Virus record (IMG/VR): IMGVR_UViG_3300002461_000080
Coordinates: 1-47,770 of that record
Origin: a virus
Reading direction: 5' to 3' (one strand)
DNA: 47,770 nt
Numbering within the stretch: position 1 is the first letter of the stretch; the number at the start of each line of letters is the position of its first letter. Positions 7,466 through 15,096 of this stretch are shown piece by piece. Position numbers and translations under genes: made by a program. The notes beneath the pieces were generated by a model. The model was not told the origin of the DNA. It saw only the letters and a program-made list of their open reading frames with translations, and ran no database searches.

Positions 7466-7499
7466 AGGATCTCACGAGTCCGAGGTTTCTGTCAACAAC
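7466..7499 (-). promoter_or_regulatory. Candidate sigma70-type promoter P1: the GTTGTTGACAGAAACC motif plus a weak -10.
   Basis: On the minus strand the sequence reads GTTGTTGACAGAAACC (7484..7499). The -35 TTGACA is at 7490..7495, followed by an 18-nt spacer and then GATCCT preceded by TGA. This is the intergenic gap before the early operon. Confidence 0.5.
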
Positions 7500-7689
7500 C
7501 TCGTTCGCTCGGATGATGCGAGCAGCGTTCGCAACAAGGTCGGTGCGCGAAGTGACACGACTCGGCACACTGGTTTCGGGTCCATCGGCAGTGTTCGCAG
7601 CGCGGCCCGCCGTCAATCGACGTCACGATGACGACCGCCACGAGCGCCAGGAGCAGGACGAGCAGGACGATGTCCGACGTCGTCAGCAC
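7492..7689 (-). CDS. Small membrane-anchored Cys-rich protein (uncertain).
   Basis: 65 aa. It has an N-terminal hydrophobic helix (IVLLVLLLALVAVVIV) followed by a Cys/His-rich tail. It starts 4 nt after the HNH stop, and its own stop lies inside the TTGACA motif. Confidence 0.35.
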   Translation of the reverse strand: MLTTSDIVLLVLLLALVAVVIVTSIDGGPRCEHCRWTRNQCAESCHFAHRPCCERCSHHPSERGC

Positions 7690-7692
7690 GGC

Positions 7693-8208
7693 TCAGAACT
7701 CCATCCGCGCGAGCTGCTCGAGCAGCGCCCGGTCGTCGTCGGCCATCGGCCCCAGGATGCCGACCGCCGTCTCGCGGACGACCTCGACGAGCTTCATCTC
7801 CGCCGGCCGCTGCCCGCCCTGGAGGTAGTAGCGGAGCAGCCGCCGGTCGATGAGCCACTTCACCGGGCCGTTCGCGCCGAGCTTCTTCGTGAGCGGCTCC
7901 CACTCGATCGCCCGGTTGTGAATGCTGAACGGGTTCGTCCGGTGGCGCTCCCGGCACAGTTGCATCATCAGCTCGCTCGTCGACCTCGAGCCGTCCGGGT
8001 TGCCGCCGGCGCCCTTGTGCTCGTTGTGGCTGACCTCGAGCGCCAGCCGCAGCCGGCGGCAGCCGCACAGCGGGAACCGGCAGCCGCGATCGCGCGTGCG
8101 GACCTTCGCCTTCTCCCGGTTCTCCGCGTTGTCGCGCTCGATGCGGCGGAGCGCCCGCTGCACCTTGCCGCTCGGCCGGACCTCTTTGAAATTCGTCACG
8201 AACGCCAT
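7693..8208 (-). CDS. HNH-family endonuclease.
   Basis: 171 aa from the ATG at 8208 with SD GGAGGG. It contains CRFPLCGC..LEVSHNEHKGAGGNP..LCRERH, an HNH-like Cys/His/Asn pattern. Confidence 0.65.
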   Translation of the reverse strand: MAFVTNFKEVRPSGKVQRALRRIERDNAENREKAKVRTRDRGCRFPLCGCRRLRLALEVSHNEHKGAGGNPDGSRSTSELMMQLCRERHRTNPFSIHNRAIEWEPLTKKLGANGPVKWLIDRRLLRYYLQGGQRPAEMKLVEVVRETAVGILGPMADDDRALLEQLARMEF

Positions 8209-8222
8209 CGGTTTGACCCTCC

Positions 8223-8813
8223 TCACAGCTCGCACCACTTCCGGATGATCTTCCGCGCCTCGCGGAAGTCCCGCGCGTGGTCGACGTGCTCCTCGACCTT
8301 GTAGCGGCCGTCGGCCTTGATGTAGAACGCGAACCGCGCGATCGCCTCCGGATGGCAATGCAGCGTCCGCGCCACGAGGATAGCCTGGAGCGCGGTCTGG
8401 AGCGGATGCCACTTCTCGAAGTCGCCGGTCTTGATCTCGCCCACCGACAACAGCCGCCAGACGTGCCCGACGCGGTCCGGCGTGCCACCGAACCGCAGGA
8501 GCGGATGCACGAACGGCTCCTCGAGATGCTCCCACGTCGGCCGCTGGAGCACATTCATCAGCTCGGCCCACGCGAGCAGGTAGCCCTTGAACGGACTGGC
8601 GACCGCCTTCGGGTCGTCGATCGCATCCAGATCGTAGTTGAGCGTCAGACGGTGGACCTCAGTGCCACGACGCCGGCCCTCCTCAGTGAGCCACGTCGTA
8701 TCGATCTTCCCGTCCTTGATGAGCATCTGCGTGACGCTCGGCAGGACCGCGCCGGTCGCCTCGTCGATGTATTCGTGAAGGTCCGCGTCGTAGCGGAGCG
8801 TCTCGCTCACCAC
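8223..8813 (-). CDS. PD-(D/E)XK (RecB/Cas4-like) exonuclease.
   Basis: 196 aa. It has the N-terminal pattern H.Y..........LPSVTQML and the D..(E)IK motif (GGTPDRV ... VGEIKTG). It sits immediately after the annealing-protein gene. Confidence 0.7.
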   Translation of the reverse strand: MVSETLRYDADLHEYIDEATGAVLPSVTQMLIKDGKIDTTWLTEEGRRRGTEVHRLTLNYDLDAIDDPKAVASPFKGYLLAWAELMNVLQRPTWEHLEEPFVHPLLRFGGTPDRVGHVWRLLSVGEIKTGDFEKWHPLQTALQAILVARTLHCHPEAIARFAFYIKADGRYKVEEHVDHARDFREARKIIRKWCEL

Positions 8814-9871
8814 GGCGGACCGTCATCCTCGCCCGGCTCCCTGGTCGCCGGCGCCGCCACCGGGACCATCGGCCCCGGCTTCGTGAGCTGCGAACAGGCT
8901 GCCTCGTAGAAGCGCCGTTCCATGTCGACCGTGTGCTCGACACCACAGACGATCCGCAGGTAGCCCTTGACCTCGTCGTCGGTCCGCTTCGCCTTTCGGG
9001 CGATCGTCCAAAACCGCTTCGCCTGCGGCTGCGAGATTTTCCGCGTGTCGGTCGCGTCGCGGCGCTCCTGAGCGGTCCGCCGGTCAGGCTCCCCGCCCTC
9101 CGTCCGAGGCTCCGATCGCTCGCCCTGCGCCGGCCTGGACCGATTCCCGGCCGTTCTAGGCTCCGCCACCCCCGTCTCGTCGTAGAACGGCGGGTCGACC
9201 TTCCGCCGCCACTGAGGTTTGGACCCCGACCGTCTCCAAACTTGGACACAGTGCTCGGCCTGCCACGCGGCGCCCCAGGACCGATCCCACAGCTCGAGCC
9301 CGATGCCGAGCCGCTTCGCCACCCGCCGGAGCGCGTTCGCGTTCAGCGCCTCGATCACGTCGCCGTAGGTCTGCTCGGCGTTGTCCGGATGGTATTCCTG
9401 CTCGGCCGTCGCCTGAGCGATCGGCTTGCCGTGAACGCACAACACGAACGTCTGCGTCGCGAGATGCTTGACCTCGCCGCCCTCCTGCGGGATCTCGACC
9501 ATCTTCGGCCGCGCCGCCGGCAGCATCGTCCACTGCCCACGCCCGAACGCGCGATTGAACCAGCGCGTGTATTCGATGTGCGAGTAGTAGACCGCGCCCG
9601 TCGGCTTCACGAGCACGCGGGCCGGATCGACCGGCTCCGCCAGGACCGCCTCCGCCTCCGCGCTCAGCGCGAGCGGCTGGAACCCGAGCTGCCCCAGGAT
9701 CGGGTTCTCGCTCAGCTCGACTGCCGCCGCCGGCGCGATCGCCGGCAGGACCTCGACCTTCGGCCGCACGGATGCGAGCCGCTGGACCTGCTTCGCGAGC
9801 TTGTCGAGCTTCGCGTTGTAGTCCGGACGACGCGCGAGCGCCGTCGTCGCCTTCTTCGCTTTCGGTGCCAT
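8807..9871 (-). CDS. Single-strand annealing protein, Rad52-superfamily-like.
   Basis: 354 aa from the ATG at 9871. It contains VYYSHIEYTRWFNRAFGRGQW and ALRRVAKRLGIGLELWD, which are Rad52/Sak-type motifs recalled from memory. It is paired with an exonuclease gene. Confidence 0.5.
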   Translation of the reverse strand: MAPKAKKATTALARRPDYNAKLDKLAKQVQRLASVRPKVEVLPAIAPAAAVELSENPILGQLGFQPLALSAEAEAVLAEPVDPARVLVKPTGAVYYSHIEYTRWFNRAFGRGQWTMLPAARPKMVEIPQEGGEVKHLATQTFVLCVHGKPIAQATAEQEYHPDNAEQTYGDVIEALNANALRRVAKRLGIGLELWDRSWGAAWQAEHCVQVWRRSGSKPQWRRKVDPPFYDETGVAEPRTAGNRSRPAQGERSEPRTEGGEPDRRTAQERRDATDTRKISQPQAKRFWTIARKAKRTDDEVKGYLRIVCGVEHTVDMERRFYEAACSQLTKPGPMVPVAAPATREPGEDDGPPW

Positions 9872-9906
9872 CGTTCCCCCCAACAAAGGGAACGGGCCGG
9901 CCGGCT

Positions 9907-10146
9907 CTATGCCGACGCGGCCCGCTTCGCCTCGAGATACTTCAACGTGTCCGTCTCACCCCGAGCCATGAACTCGATGGTGTCCGCGTCGCTGACCTGC
10001 TCCGGTTCCCAACCTGCGAGCTTTGCCAGTCGCCGCCGTGCCGCCTCGAATCGCTTCGAGCCCGTGATCGTGAGCGCCTGAGCGCGCACCGGCTCGCCGT
10101 CCTTCGGGGCGAAGATCGTCGGCCTGCCGCCGGGTGTCTTTGCCAT
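9907..10146 (-). CDS. Hypothetical protein, first gene of the recombination operon and apparently leaderless.
   Basis: 79 aa. The ATG at 10146 lies about 7 nt after the candidate -10 of P2, and no SD is visible. Confidence 0.6.
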   Translation of the reverse strand: MAKTPGGRPTIFAPKDGEPVRAQALTITGSKRFEAARRRLAKLAGWEPEQVSDADTIEFMARGETDTLKYLEAKRAASA

Positions 10147-10152
10147 GCGGAA

Positions 10153-10186
10153 AGACTAGCCCCGGCGGCTGGTTTCTGTCAACAAC
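10153..10186 (-). promoter_or_regulatory. Candidate sigma70-type promoter P2: GTTGTTGACAGAAACC plus TAGTCT.
   Basis: The minus strand reads GGTTGTTGACAGAAACCAGCCGCCGGGGCTAGTCTTTCCGCATG. The -35 TTGACA is at 10177..10182, followed by an 18-nt spacer and TAGTCT at 10153..10158. It occupies the only gap between the lysis and recombination modules. Confidence 0.55.
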
Positions 10187-10187
10187 C

Positions 10188-10529
10188 TCACCGCTTGAGG
10201 TATCGCTGGTAGATCCACTCCGTCAGGCCGAACTGCGCCGCGACGCCGAGGATGAAATACGACAGGTTCAGCGGCGTCATCCCGTCGATGACGAGTCGCC
10301 CGGTGCCCAGGTCGTAGCTGTAGCCGATGCCGAGGCTCGTGAGCAGCGTCGCCGTGACCGTCAGGGTCCGGAGGATGACCGCGTGATTCTTGTCGACGAA
10401 CGGCACGCGGCCCTTGAGCGCGTTGATGAGGATCGGCAGCGCGGCGGCGACTCCGCCGATCGTGCCGATGTAGAGGATGGCCCGCGTGATGCCGTCCGCA
10501 AGGATCGGCGCGAGTAGCTTCTCGAGCAT
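10188..10529 (-). CDS. Holin-like membrane protein with three predicted TM helices.
   Basis: 113 aa. It has three hydrophobic stretches and a basic C-terminus (QRYLKR), and it is the last gene of the lysis cassette. Confidence 0.5.
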   Translation of the reverse strand: MLEKLLAPILADGITRAILYIGTIGGVAAALPILINALKGRVPFVDKNHAVILRTLTVTATLLTSLGIGYSYDLGTGRLVIDGMTPLNLSYFILGVAAQFGLTEWIYQRYLKR

Positions 10530-10538
10530 CGTTCTCTC

Positions 10539-12101
10539 CTACAGCGCGCGTGACTTGAGAAGGTAGTCCGGATGCTGCGCGCTGAACCGCACCCGCTCCC
10601 CCGCCCCGATTGTCCGCTCCCACAACAGATCGTTGACGTCCTGCTGGAAGCATTCGACGCGGAGCGGTCGCACCGCTCGCAGCTCGAAGTCGCTCACCGG
10701 CCCGAACGGGACCGTGAACTGGAACCCGCCCTGCTGCACGCCGTAGGCCCGCACGATGCCCCGCCGGTTGTCGTTCGCCGCGCGGAGGTATTCGTCCTCG
10801 AGCTGCCAGTGACGGCCAGGGAAATTCGTGTTGGCGTTCTGCTGCGAACCGTTCGGCAGGTCGCCCGGCAGGAACCGCTTGCACGCTGCGAACTCGCGGT
10901 AGCCCGGCACGCTGGCGAGGTCGCCGTTCCCCCGGATGCCCTCGTCGGCGTGGAACACGCTGCCCATGAACCGCGCCATGAACGCGACCGTCGCGTGCGA
11001 CCGCAGCACCAGCGGCCGGTCCTCGCTCGCCACCGATGCGCGCGGCCCGATCGGCTCGTCGTTCATCAGGCCGTGATCGCCGGCGCTCAGGCCCCAATCC
11101 CACGGCTGGCGCCAGGGACGATCGCGCTGCTCGCTCCGCGACTGGTCGCGATCGAGATGCGGCGTGCCGACCATACCCCAGGTTCGCGGGTCGAGCCCGT
11201 CCATGCCGCCCTCGAGGTCGCCGTAGGCGCCCGTGCTCGTCACGAGGTTCGGCGCCGTCGACCGCAGGATCGATTCCAGCTCGAGGATCTCGTCGGCCGT
11301 GATGCGGCCCTCGATGCTCGGCTCGTTCATGATCTGCGCGAGCAGCACGACGTCCGGGAAGTCGCGGAGCACTTCCGCCATCCGCTGCACGTAGGGCCGG
11401 CGATTGCTCTGCCGGTCCATGCCGTTGCCCTTGCCGATGATGCACGCCGAGATTCGCATGCCGCGCTCTCGAGCGCCGGCGCACATGTCCGCGACGAGCT
11501 GCTGATGGTCCGGCCAATTCTGGTCAGCGACGCGGCCGGCCCAATAGTCGGACGGGTCGAGCGAACCGACCTGTAGCAGCACGCGCTTGAAGTCCATGCC
11601 GACCGCGACGTCGGAGTCGTCCTCCCGCTTCACGCGGTCCGGGTCGTTCTTCATCGCCCAGACGTGATAGAAGCGGCTCAGGCCGGCGTAGAGCTGCGGC
11701 CCGCGATCGTCGCCCACGGCGCGCGGCCCGTAGCGGCGCACGGGTCCGAACAGCACCGGCGTCGGCTCCGGTCCGGGCTCACCCGGATCGAACCCCGGCG
11801 TCGACCACACCGTCGCCAGCGCCTTGATCTTGAGGCCCTCGCGCGTCAGCTCGAGCGCGCCGCCAGGAACGAACGTGTCGCTCGCCCACACCGGCACACC
11901 GCCGGCGTCGTAGATGACGAGGTTGCCGTCACCCTGCATCGTCACGAACCCGGCCGCGCCGAACGTGTCGCTCGCCCACACTGGCGTTCCGTCGCGCCGG
12001 TAGAGCACGAGGTTCCCGTCGCCCTGGTAGGCGAGTAGCATGCCGTCGGCCCGGACCTCCTGCCCCGGAACGAGCCGCTCCCCTGGTTTCAACACAATCA
12101 T
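10539..12101 (-). CDS. Bulb-type (B-) lectin fused to a clan GH-A / GH5-like glycoside hydrolase.
   Basis: 520 aa from the ATG at 12101 (ATGA overlap). There are two QxDxNxVxY lectin motifs (YQGDGNLVLY, MQGDGNLVIY). A TIM-barrel-like region follows, with IMNEPS (the NEP acid/base signature) and a later LMNDEPIG. Confidence 0.65.
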   Translation of the reverse strand: MIVLKPGERLVPGQEVRADGMLLAYQGDGNLVLYRRDGTPVWASDTFGAAGFVTMQGDGNLVIYDAGGVPVWASDTFVPGGALELTREGLKIKALATVWSTPGFDPGEPGPEPTPVLFGPVRRYGPRAVGDDRGPQLYAGLSRFYHVWAMKNDPDRVKREDDSDVAVGMDFKRVLLQVGSLDPSDYWAGRVADQNWPDHQQLVADMCAGARERGMRISACIIGKGNGMDRQSNRRPYVQRMAEVLRDFPDVVLLAQIMNEPSIEGRITADEILELESILRSTAPNLVTSTGAYGDLEGGMDGLDPRTWGMVGTPHLDRDQSRSEQRDRPWRQPWDWGLSAGDHGLMNDEPIGPRASVASEDRPLVLRSHATVAFMARFMGSVFHADEGIRGNGDLASVPGYREFAACKRFLPGDLPNGSQQNANTNFPGRHWQLEDEYLRAANDNRRGIVRAYGVQQGGFQFTVPFGPVSDFELRAVRPLRVECFQQDVNDLLWERTIGAGERVRFSAQHPDYLLKSRAL

Positions 12102-12514
12102 CTGACCCCTCCCACTTCGTTGAACATCTCGGCGCTCACGATCGTGAGCCACGCCGGCCCGCGCTCGAGCTTCTCGAACAGCCGCATGAACGCCGTCCTC
12201 GACTGGAGCACGCGATCGCCATCGCGCACCAGCCCCGGAAGGATACAGCCCTCGGTGTCCCGTGCGCTATTGCCCGCGTGGATGCGGACCCCGGAGAACC
12301 CCGGCACGTTCTCGAGCAGCGGCAGCCGCTTCTGGAACCGTGGCGACCATGAGACGACGACACGGTAGCGGCCTGGAGGGATGGCTGTCACGCCGGCGAC
12401 CTTCTCGGCCCGCACGACGTCCTCGAGTGTGTGGCACTCGAACACGCCGTCGACGAACAGCACGCCGAACGTGCGCTCGTTCGCGCTCGGCTCACGAACG
12501 AGCGTCAGCTTCAC
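12098..12514 (-). CDS. DUF5675-like protein, a candidate cell-wall enzyme.
   Basis: 138 aa with a GTG start (GTGA overlap). The pattern TFGVL..DG...CHTLED....IPPGRY......SPRF....LL.NVPGFSGVRIHAGNSARDTEGCILPG matches my memory of the DUF5675 family. Confidence 0.55.
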   Translation of the reverse strand: MKLTLVREPSANERTFGVLFVDGVFECHTLEDVVRAEKVAGVTAIPPGRYRVVVSWSPRFQKRLPLLENVPGFSGVRIHAGNSARDTEGCILPGLVRDGDRVLQSRTAFMRLFEKLERGPAWLTIVSAEMFNEVGGVR

Positions 12515-12825
12515 GAGCTACTACCTGCCGGCTTGCGGCGATCCGGCCCGGTCCACTGCGCGCGAGCGTCGCGGCCCATCTCTCCGAAAATGCGCGCGAC
12601 GTCTTGCAGCACTTCGATGAGCATGCCCTCGTGGCGCTCGGCTTGGTCCTCGCGTTTCGTCAGCGCCGCCGCGTGTTGCTCGAGCGTCCGCTCGGCGTCG
12701 GTGATGCGGAGGTCGACCTTGTGCCAGAAGCGCAGCATCGCCCCGTAGGTCCCGACGATCGCCAGGAACCCGGAGACGAGCCCGCCCAGGACTGCACCGA
12801 TGTTGATGGTCCAATCGATCGTCAT
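12511..12825 (-). CDS. Membrane-anchored coiled-coil protein, either holin-like or i-spanin-like.
   Basis: 104 aa from the ATG at 12825. It has one N-terminal TM helix (INIGAVLGGLVSGFLAIVGTYGAML) followed by a charged helical region. Confidence 0.5.
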   Translation of the reverse strand: MTIDWTINIGAVLGGLVSGFLAIVGTYGAMLRFWHKVDLRITDAERTLEQHAAALTKREDQAERHEGMLIEVLQDVARIFGEMGRDARAQWTGPDRRKPAGSSS

Positions 12826-12875
12826 GCCACCGTCCACCCTGCGGAGATCACAAGGCCCCGCCAGAATACCGCGTC

Positions 12876-12910
12876 GCAGCGACCGGCCCCGGAACAGGAC
12901 CGGCCGCTGC
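12876..12910 (-). terminator. Candidate hairpin terminator or attenuator between the fibre genes and the lysis cassette.
   Basis: On the minus strand GCAGCGGCCGG pairs with CCGGTCGCTGC, an 11-bp stem with one G-U. It starts about 12 nt after the stop at 12922, and only a weak T-containing tail follows. Confidence 0.35.
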
Positions 12911-12921
12911 ACGGGAAATTT

Positions 12922-13287
12922 CTACGCCTTGCTTAGCCGCGCGTCCGCCTCGAACACGATCGCGGTCGCCGTGCCCGCCACGCCGGTGAGGAACCCGTTC
13001 GCGCCCTCGAGCACCTTGTTGCAGTAAGCCTCGACGTGGCTGTTCGCCGGGATCGAGATACCTGCGAACAGGAACTCGGTGCCCGCGACGCCGGCGCCCG
13101 TCGCACCGACGAACAGCGAGACGCCCGTCACCGGGCTCGCCGTCCGGTTGATGAGACGGACGCGCGTCACGGTGAGCCGGTCAGCCGGCGCCGTGTGTCC
13201 GACTGCGCCCGCGCCGGCGGCTGCGGGAGCTGCGAGGTTGCCGACGGCGTTCGCCACGAACGACGGCCCGAGAGTGATTTCCTTCAT
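12922..13287 (-). CDS. Hypothetical structural protein, Ala/Gly/Thr-rich and beta-type.
   Basis: 121 aa. It follows the fibre genes and no motif was recognised. Confidence 0.55.
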   Translation of the reverse strand: MKEITLGPSFVANAVGNLAAPAAAGAGAVGHTAPADRLTVTRVRLINRTASPVTGVSLFVGATGAGVAGTEFLFAGISIPANSHVEAYCNKVLEGANGFLTGVAGTATAIVFEADARLSKA

Positions 13288-13303
13288 TGGACGAGTCTCC
13301 TGT

Positions 13304-14113
13304 TTAGAGGCCGACGTAGTAGCCGACGTTGATACGGTTCAGCACGGCAGCCCCCGCCGCCGGCATCGTGAATGTGGTGTTGGTGTTGGCGACGAGTGAC
13401 TTGAGCGGGTTCGCGAGCTGCATGTCGACGTCGATCTGCGTGCCGCCGGCAGCCATCGCATTGCCCACCGACCACACCGGACTCCCCGGCAGGTTCGCGG
13501 ACGTGTGGAGCAGGGTCGCCGTGCCCGCGAGCGCGGCCGTCGCGTTCCGCATCATGTTCAGATACGTGATGTAGTGGAACAGGCCGACGCCAGCGGCCGG
13601 CAGCGTCGCCGTTGCGCCCGTGTTGGCTGCGGCCGTCACCGTCACCCATAGGACGGTCGGCAGCGGCTTACTGTAGGCGATGATCCGCGCGCCGCTCGCC
13701 CTGAGCGCGACCGTGATGTTCCCCGACGTGAAGGCTGAGACGCGCACACGCACGCGCTTGTAACCGCTGCATCCGACGAAATAGCTGGCGGAGTGCGTCG
13801 TCGTGATCGTGACGCTGTTGACGAACTGCTCGCTCGCCGCTGTTGCTGCAACGAGACTGCCGACCGCCAGCGCCGGCAGCGGGAAGTAGTTGGTTCCGTC
13901 GACCGTTCCCTCGAACACGTAGGTCAGCGATCCGGCGCCAGTGCGAACGTCGATCGCGACTGTCGAGCAGCCGTCCACGTCCGCCAGGACCTCGGCGTTC
14001 GCCGCCGCGAGGAGGTTGGTGAACGTCCGGCTGTCCGTGTTGACTTCGCCGTTGACGCGATCGGGGAACAGGCCCCGGATCTCATTCCCTCGAGCATCGT
14101 AGAGTGTCGGCAT
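13304..14113 (-). CDS. Hypothetical tail or fibre-associated protein.
   Basis: 269 aa. The start overlaps the collagen-fibre stop (TGATG), and the composition is Thr/Ala/Val-rich and beta-type. Confidence 0.6.
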   Translation of the reverse strand: MPTLYDARGNEIRGLFPDRVNGEVNTDSRTFTNLLAAANAEVLADVDGCSTVAIDVRTGAGSLTYVFEGTVDGTNYFPLPALAVGSLVAATAASEQFVNSVTITTTHSASYFVGCSGYKRVRVRVSAFTSGNITVALRASGARIIAYSKPLPTVLWVTVTAAANTGATATLPAAGVGLFHYITYLNMMRNATAALAGTATLLHTSANLPGSPVWSVGNAMAAGGTQIDVDMQLANPLKSLVANTNTTFTMPAAGAAVLNRINVGYYVGL

Positions 14114-15096
14114 CAGAGCACCATGTAATCGAGCACGAGGTTCCCCCCGAGCGGCTGCTCGCCCTCGAGGAGCAACGTGAAGTTACCAGAACCCGGCACG
14201 GCCCGCATGCACAGGTCATCTTCCATCGGCGCGTCGACGTCCGTCTCTGCGACGCCCGCCAGCCACGGCAGCACCTTCGAGGCTCCCGTGACGCTGCCCG
14301 CCGTGACCACGACCGAATGCGACCGCTTCGCCGGCCAGCCGAGCGCCACGACGACGCGCGTCGCGGAGCCGCCACCGCCGCCCGCCGGTCCCTGCGGCCC
14401 GGTCGCGCCCGGCGGTCCCGGTGGCCCCGGCACGCCGACGCCGTCGCGGCCCGGCGGACCCTGGAGGCCCTGAGCGCCTGCCGGTCCCTGCGGGCCGGTG
14501 GCGCCCGGCGCCCCCTGCGCTCCCGGAGGTCCGGCTGGTCCGGCCATACCGGCGGCGCCTGGAGGCCCAGGAGCGCCCTGCGGCCCGGCTGGACCCTGCG
14601 GCCCGGTCGAGCCCGTGGCGCCAGGAGTGCCCGCGACGCCTGGAGGCCCCTGCGGACCCACCGGGCCGGCCGCTCCGACGGGTCCGGGCGCCCCAGGGTT
14701 CCCCGGTGGCCCCTGCGGGCCGGTCGCTCCTGCGGGTCCCTGTGAGCCCTGGACGCCCGGCGGACCCTGCGGCCCGGTGGCGCCCGGAGGCCCCATCATG
14801 CCCGGCGTGCCCGCCGGTCCCTGTGCGCCCGTCGCGCCGGCGGGTCCCTGAGCGCCGAACGCGCCCGGCGGTCCGCCCGGTCCCGGAGGCCCGGCGGGTC
14901 CCGGCGGTCCCGGAGGTCCGGGCGCTCCGCTGCCGCCGCCGCTCGAGCTGCTGCCGCCGAGGCCGATCGCCGGCGTGCCGTCCTGCCGTGCGAGCCCGAC
15001 GTTGATGCGATTCGAGACGCGCGTAACCTTCCCGCGCGCCGACGGGTCGACCGTCGTGCGATTGAGTCCGCGCTGCGCCTTCGAGAACTTCGGCAT
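14113..15096 (-). CDS. Collagen-like tail fibre protein.
   Basis: 327 aa. It has about 55 uninterrupted G-X-Y triplets, one interruption (GVGV), then about 6 more. Non-collagen N- and C-terminal domains flank the repeat. The gene occupies the gp17 position after the internal proteins. Confidence 0.75.
   Translation of the reverse strand: MPKFSKAQRGLNRTTVDPSARGKVTRVSNRINVGLARQDGTPAIGLGGSSSSGGGSGAPGPPGPPGPAGPPGPGGPPGAFGAQGPAGATGAQGPAGTPGMMGPPGATGPQGPPGVQGSQGPAGATGPQGPPGNPGAPGPVGAAGPVGPQGPPGVAGTPGATGSTGPQGPAGPQGAPGPPGAAGMAGPAGPPGAQGAPGATGPQGPAGAQGLQGPPGRDGVGVPGPPGPPGATGPQGPAGGGGGSATRVVVALGWPAKRSHSVVVTAGSVTGASKVLPWLAGVAETDVDAPMEDDLCMRAVPGSGNFTLLLEGEQPLGGNLVLDYMVL
14377..14928 (-). repeat. Coding 9-bp-periodic G-X-Y (collagen) repeat tract.
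   Basis: GGN-CCN-rich triplet periodicity is visible in the DNA and translates to [13 protein letters not shown]... Confidence 0.85.

Noticed and set aside
14377-14928. A highly periodic GGN/CCN repeat tract that could be mistaken for a tandem-repeat locus or a CRISPR-like array.
   Set aside because: The periodicity is 9 bp and fully in frame. It translates to collagen G-X-Y triplets, and there is no repeat-spacer architecture.
12922-15096. A diversity-generating retroelement near the fibre genes, considered because the capsid region recalls BPP-1-like phages.
   Set aside because: No reverse transcriptase gene exists anywhere in the genome, and no template/variable repeat pair was seen near the fibre gene C-termini.
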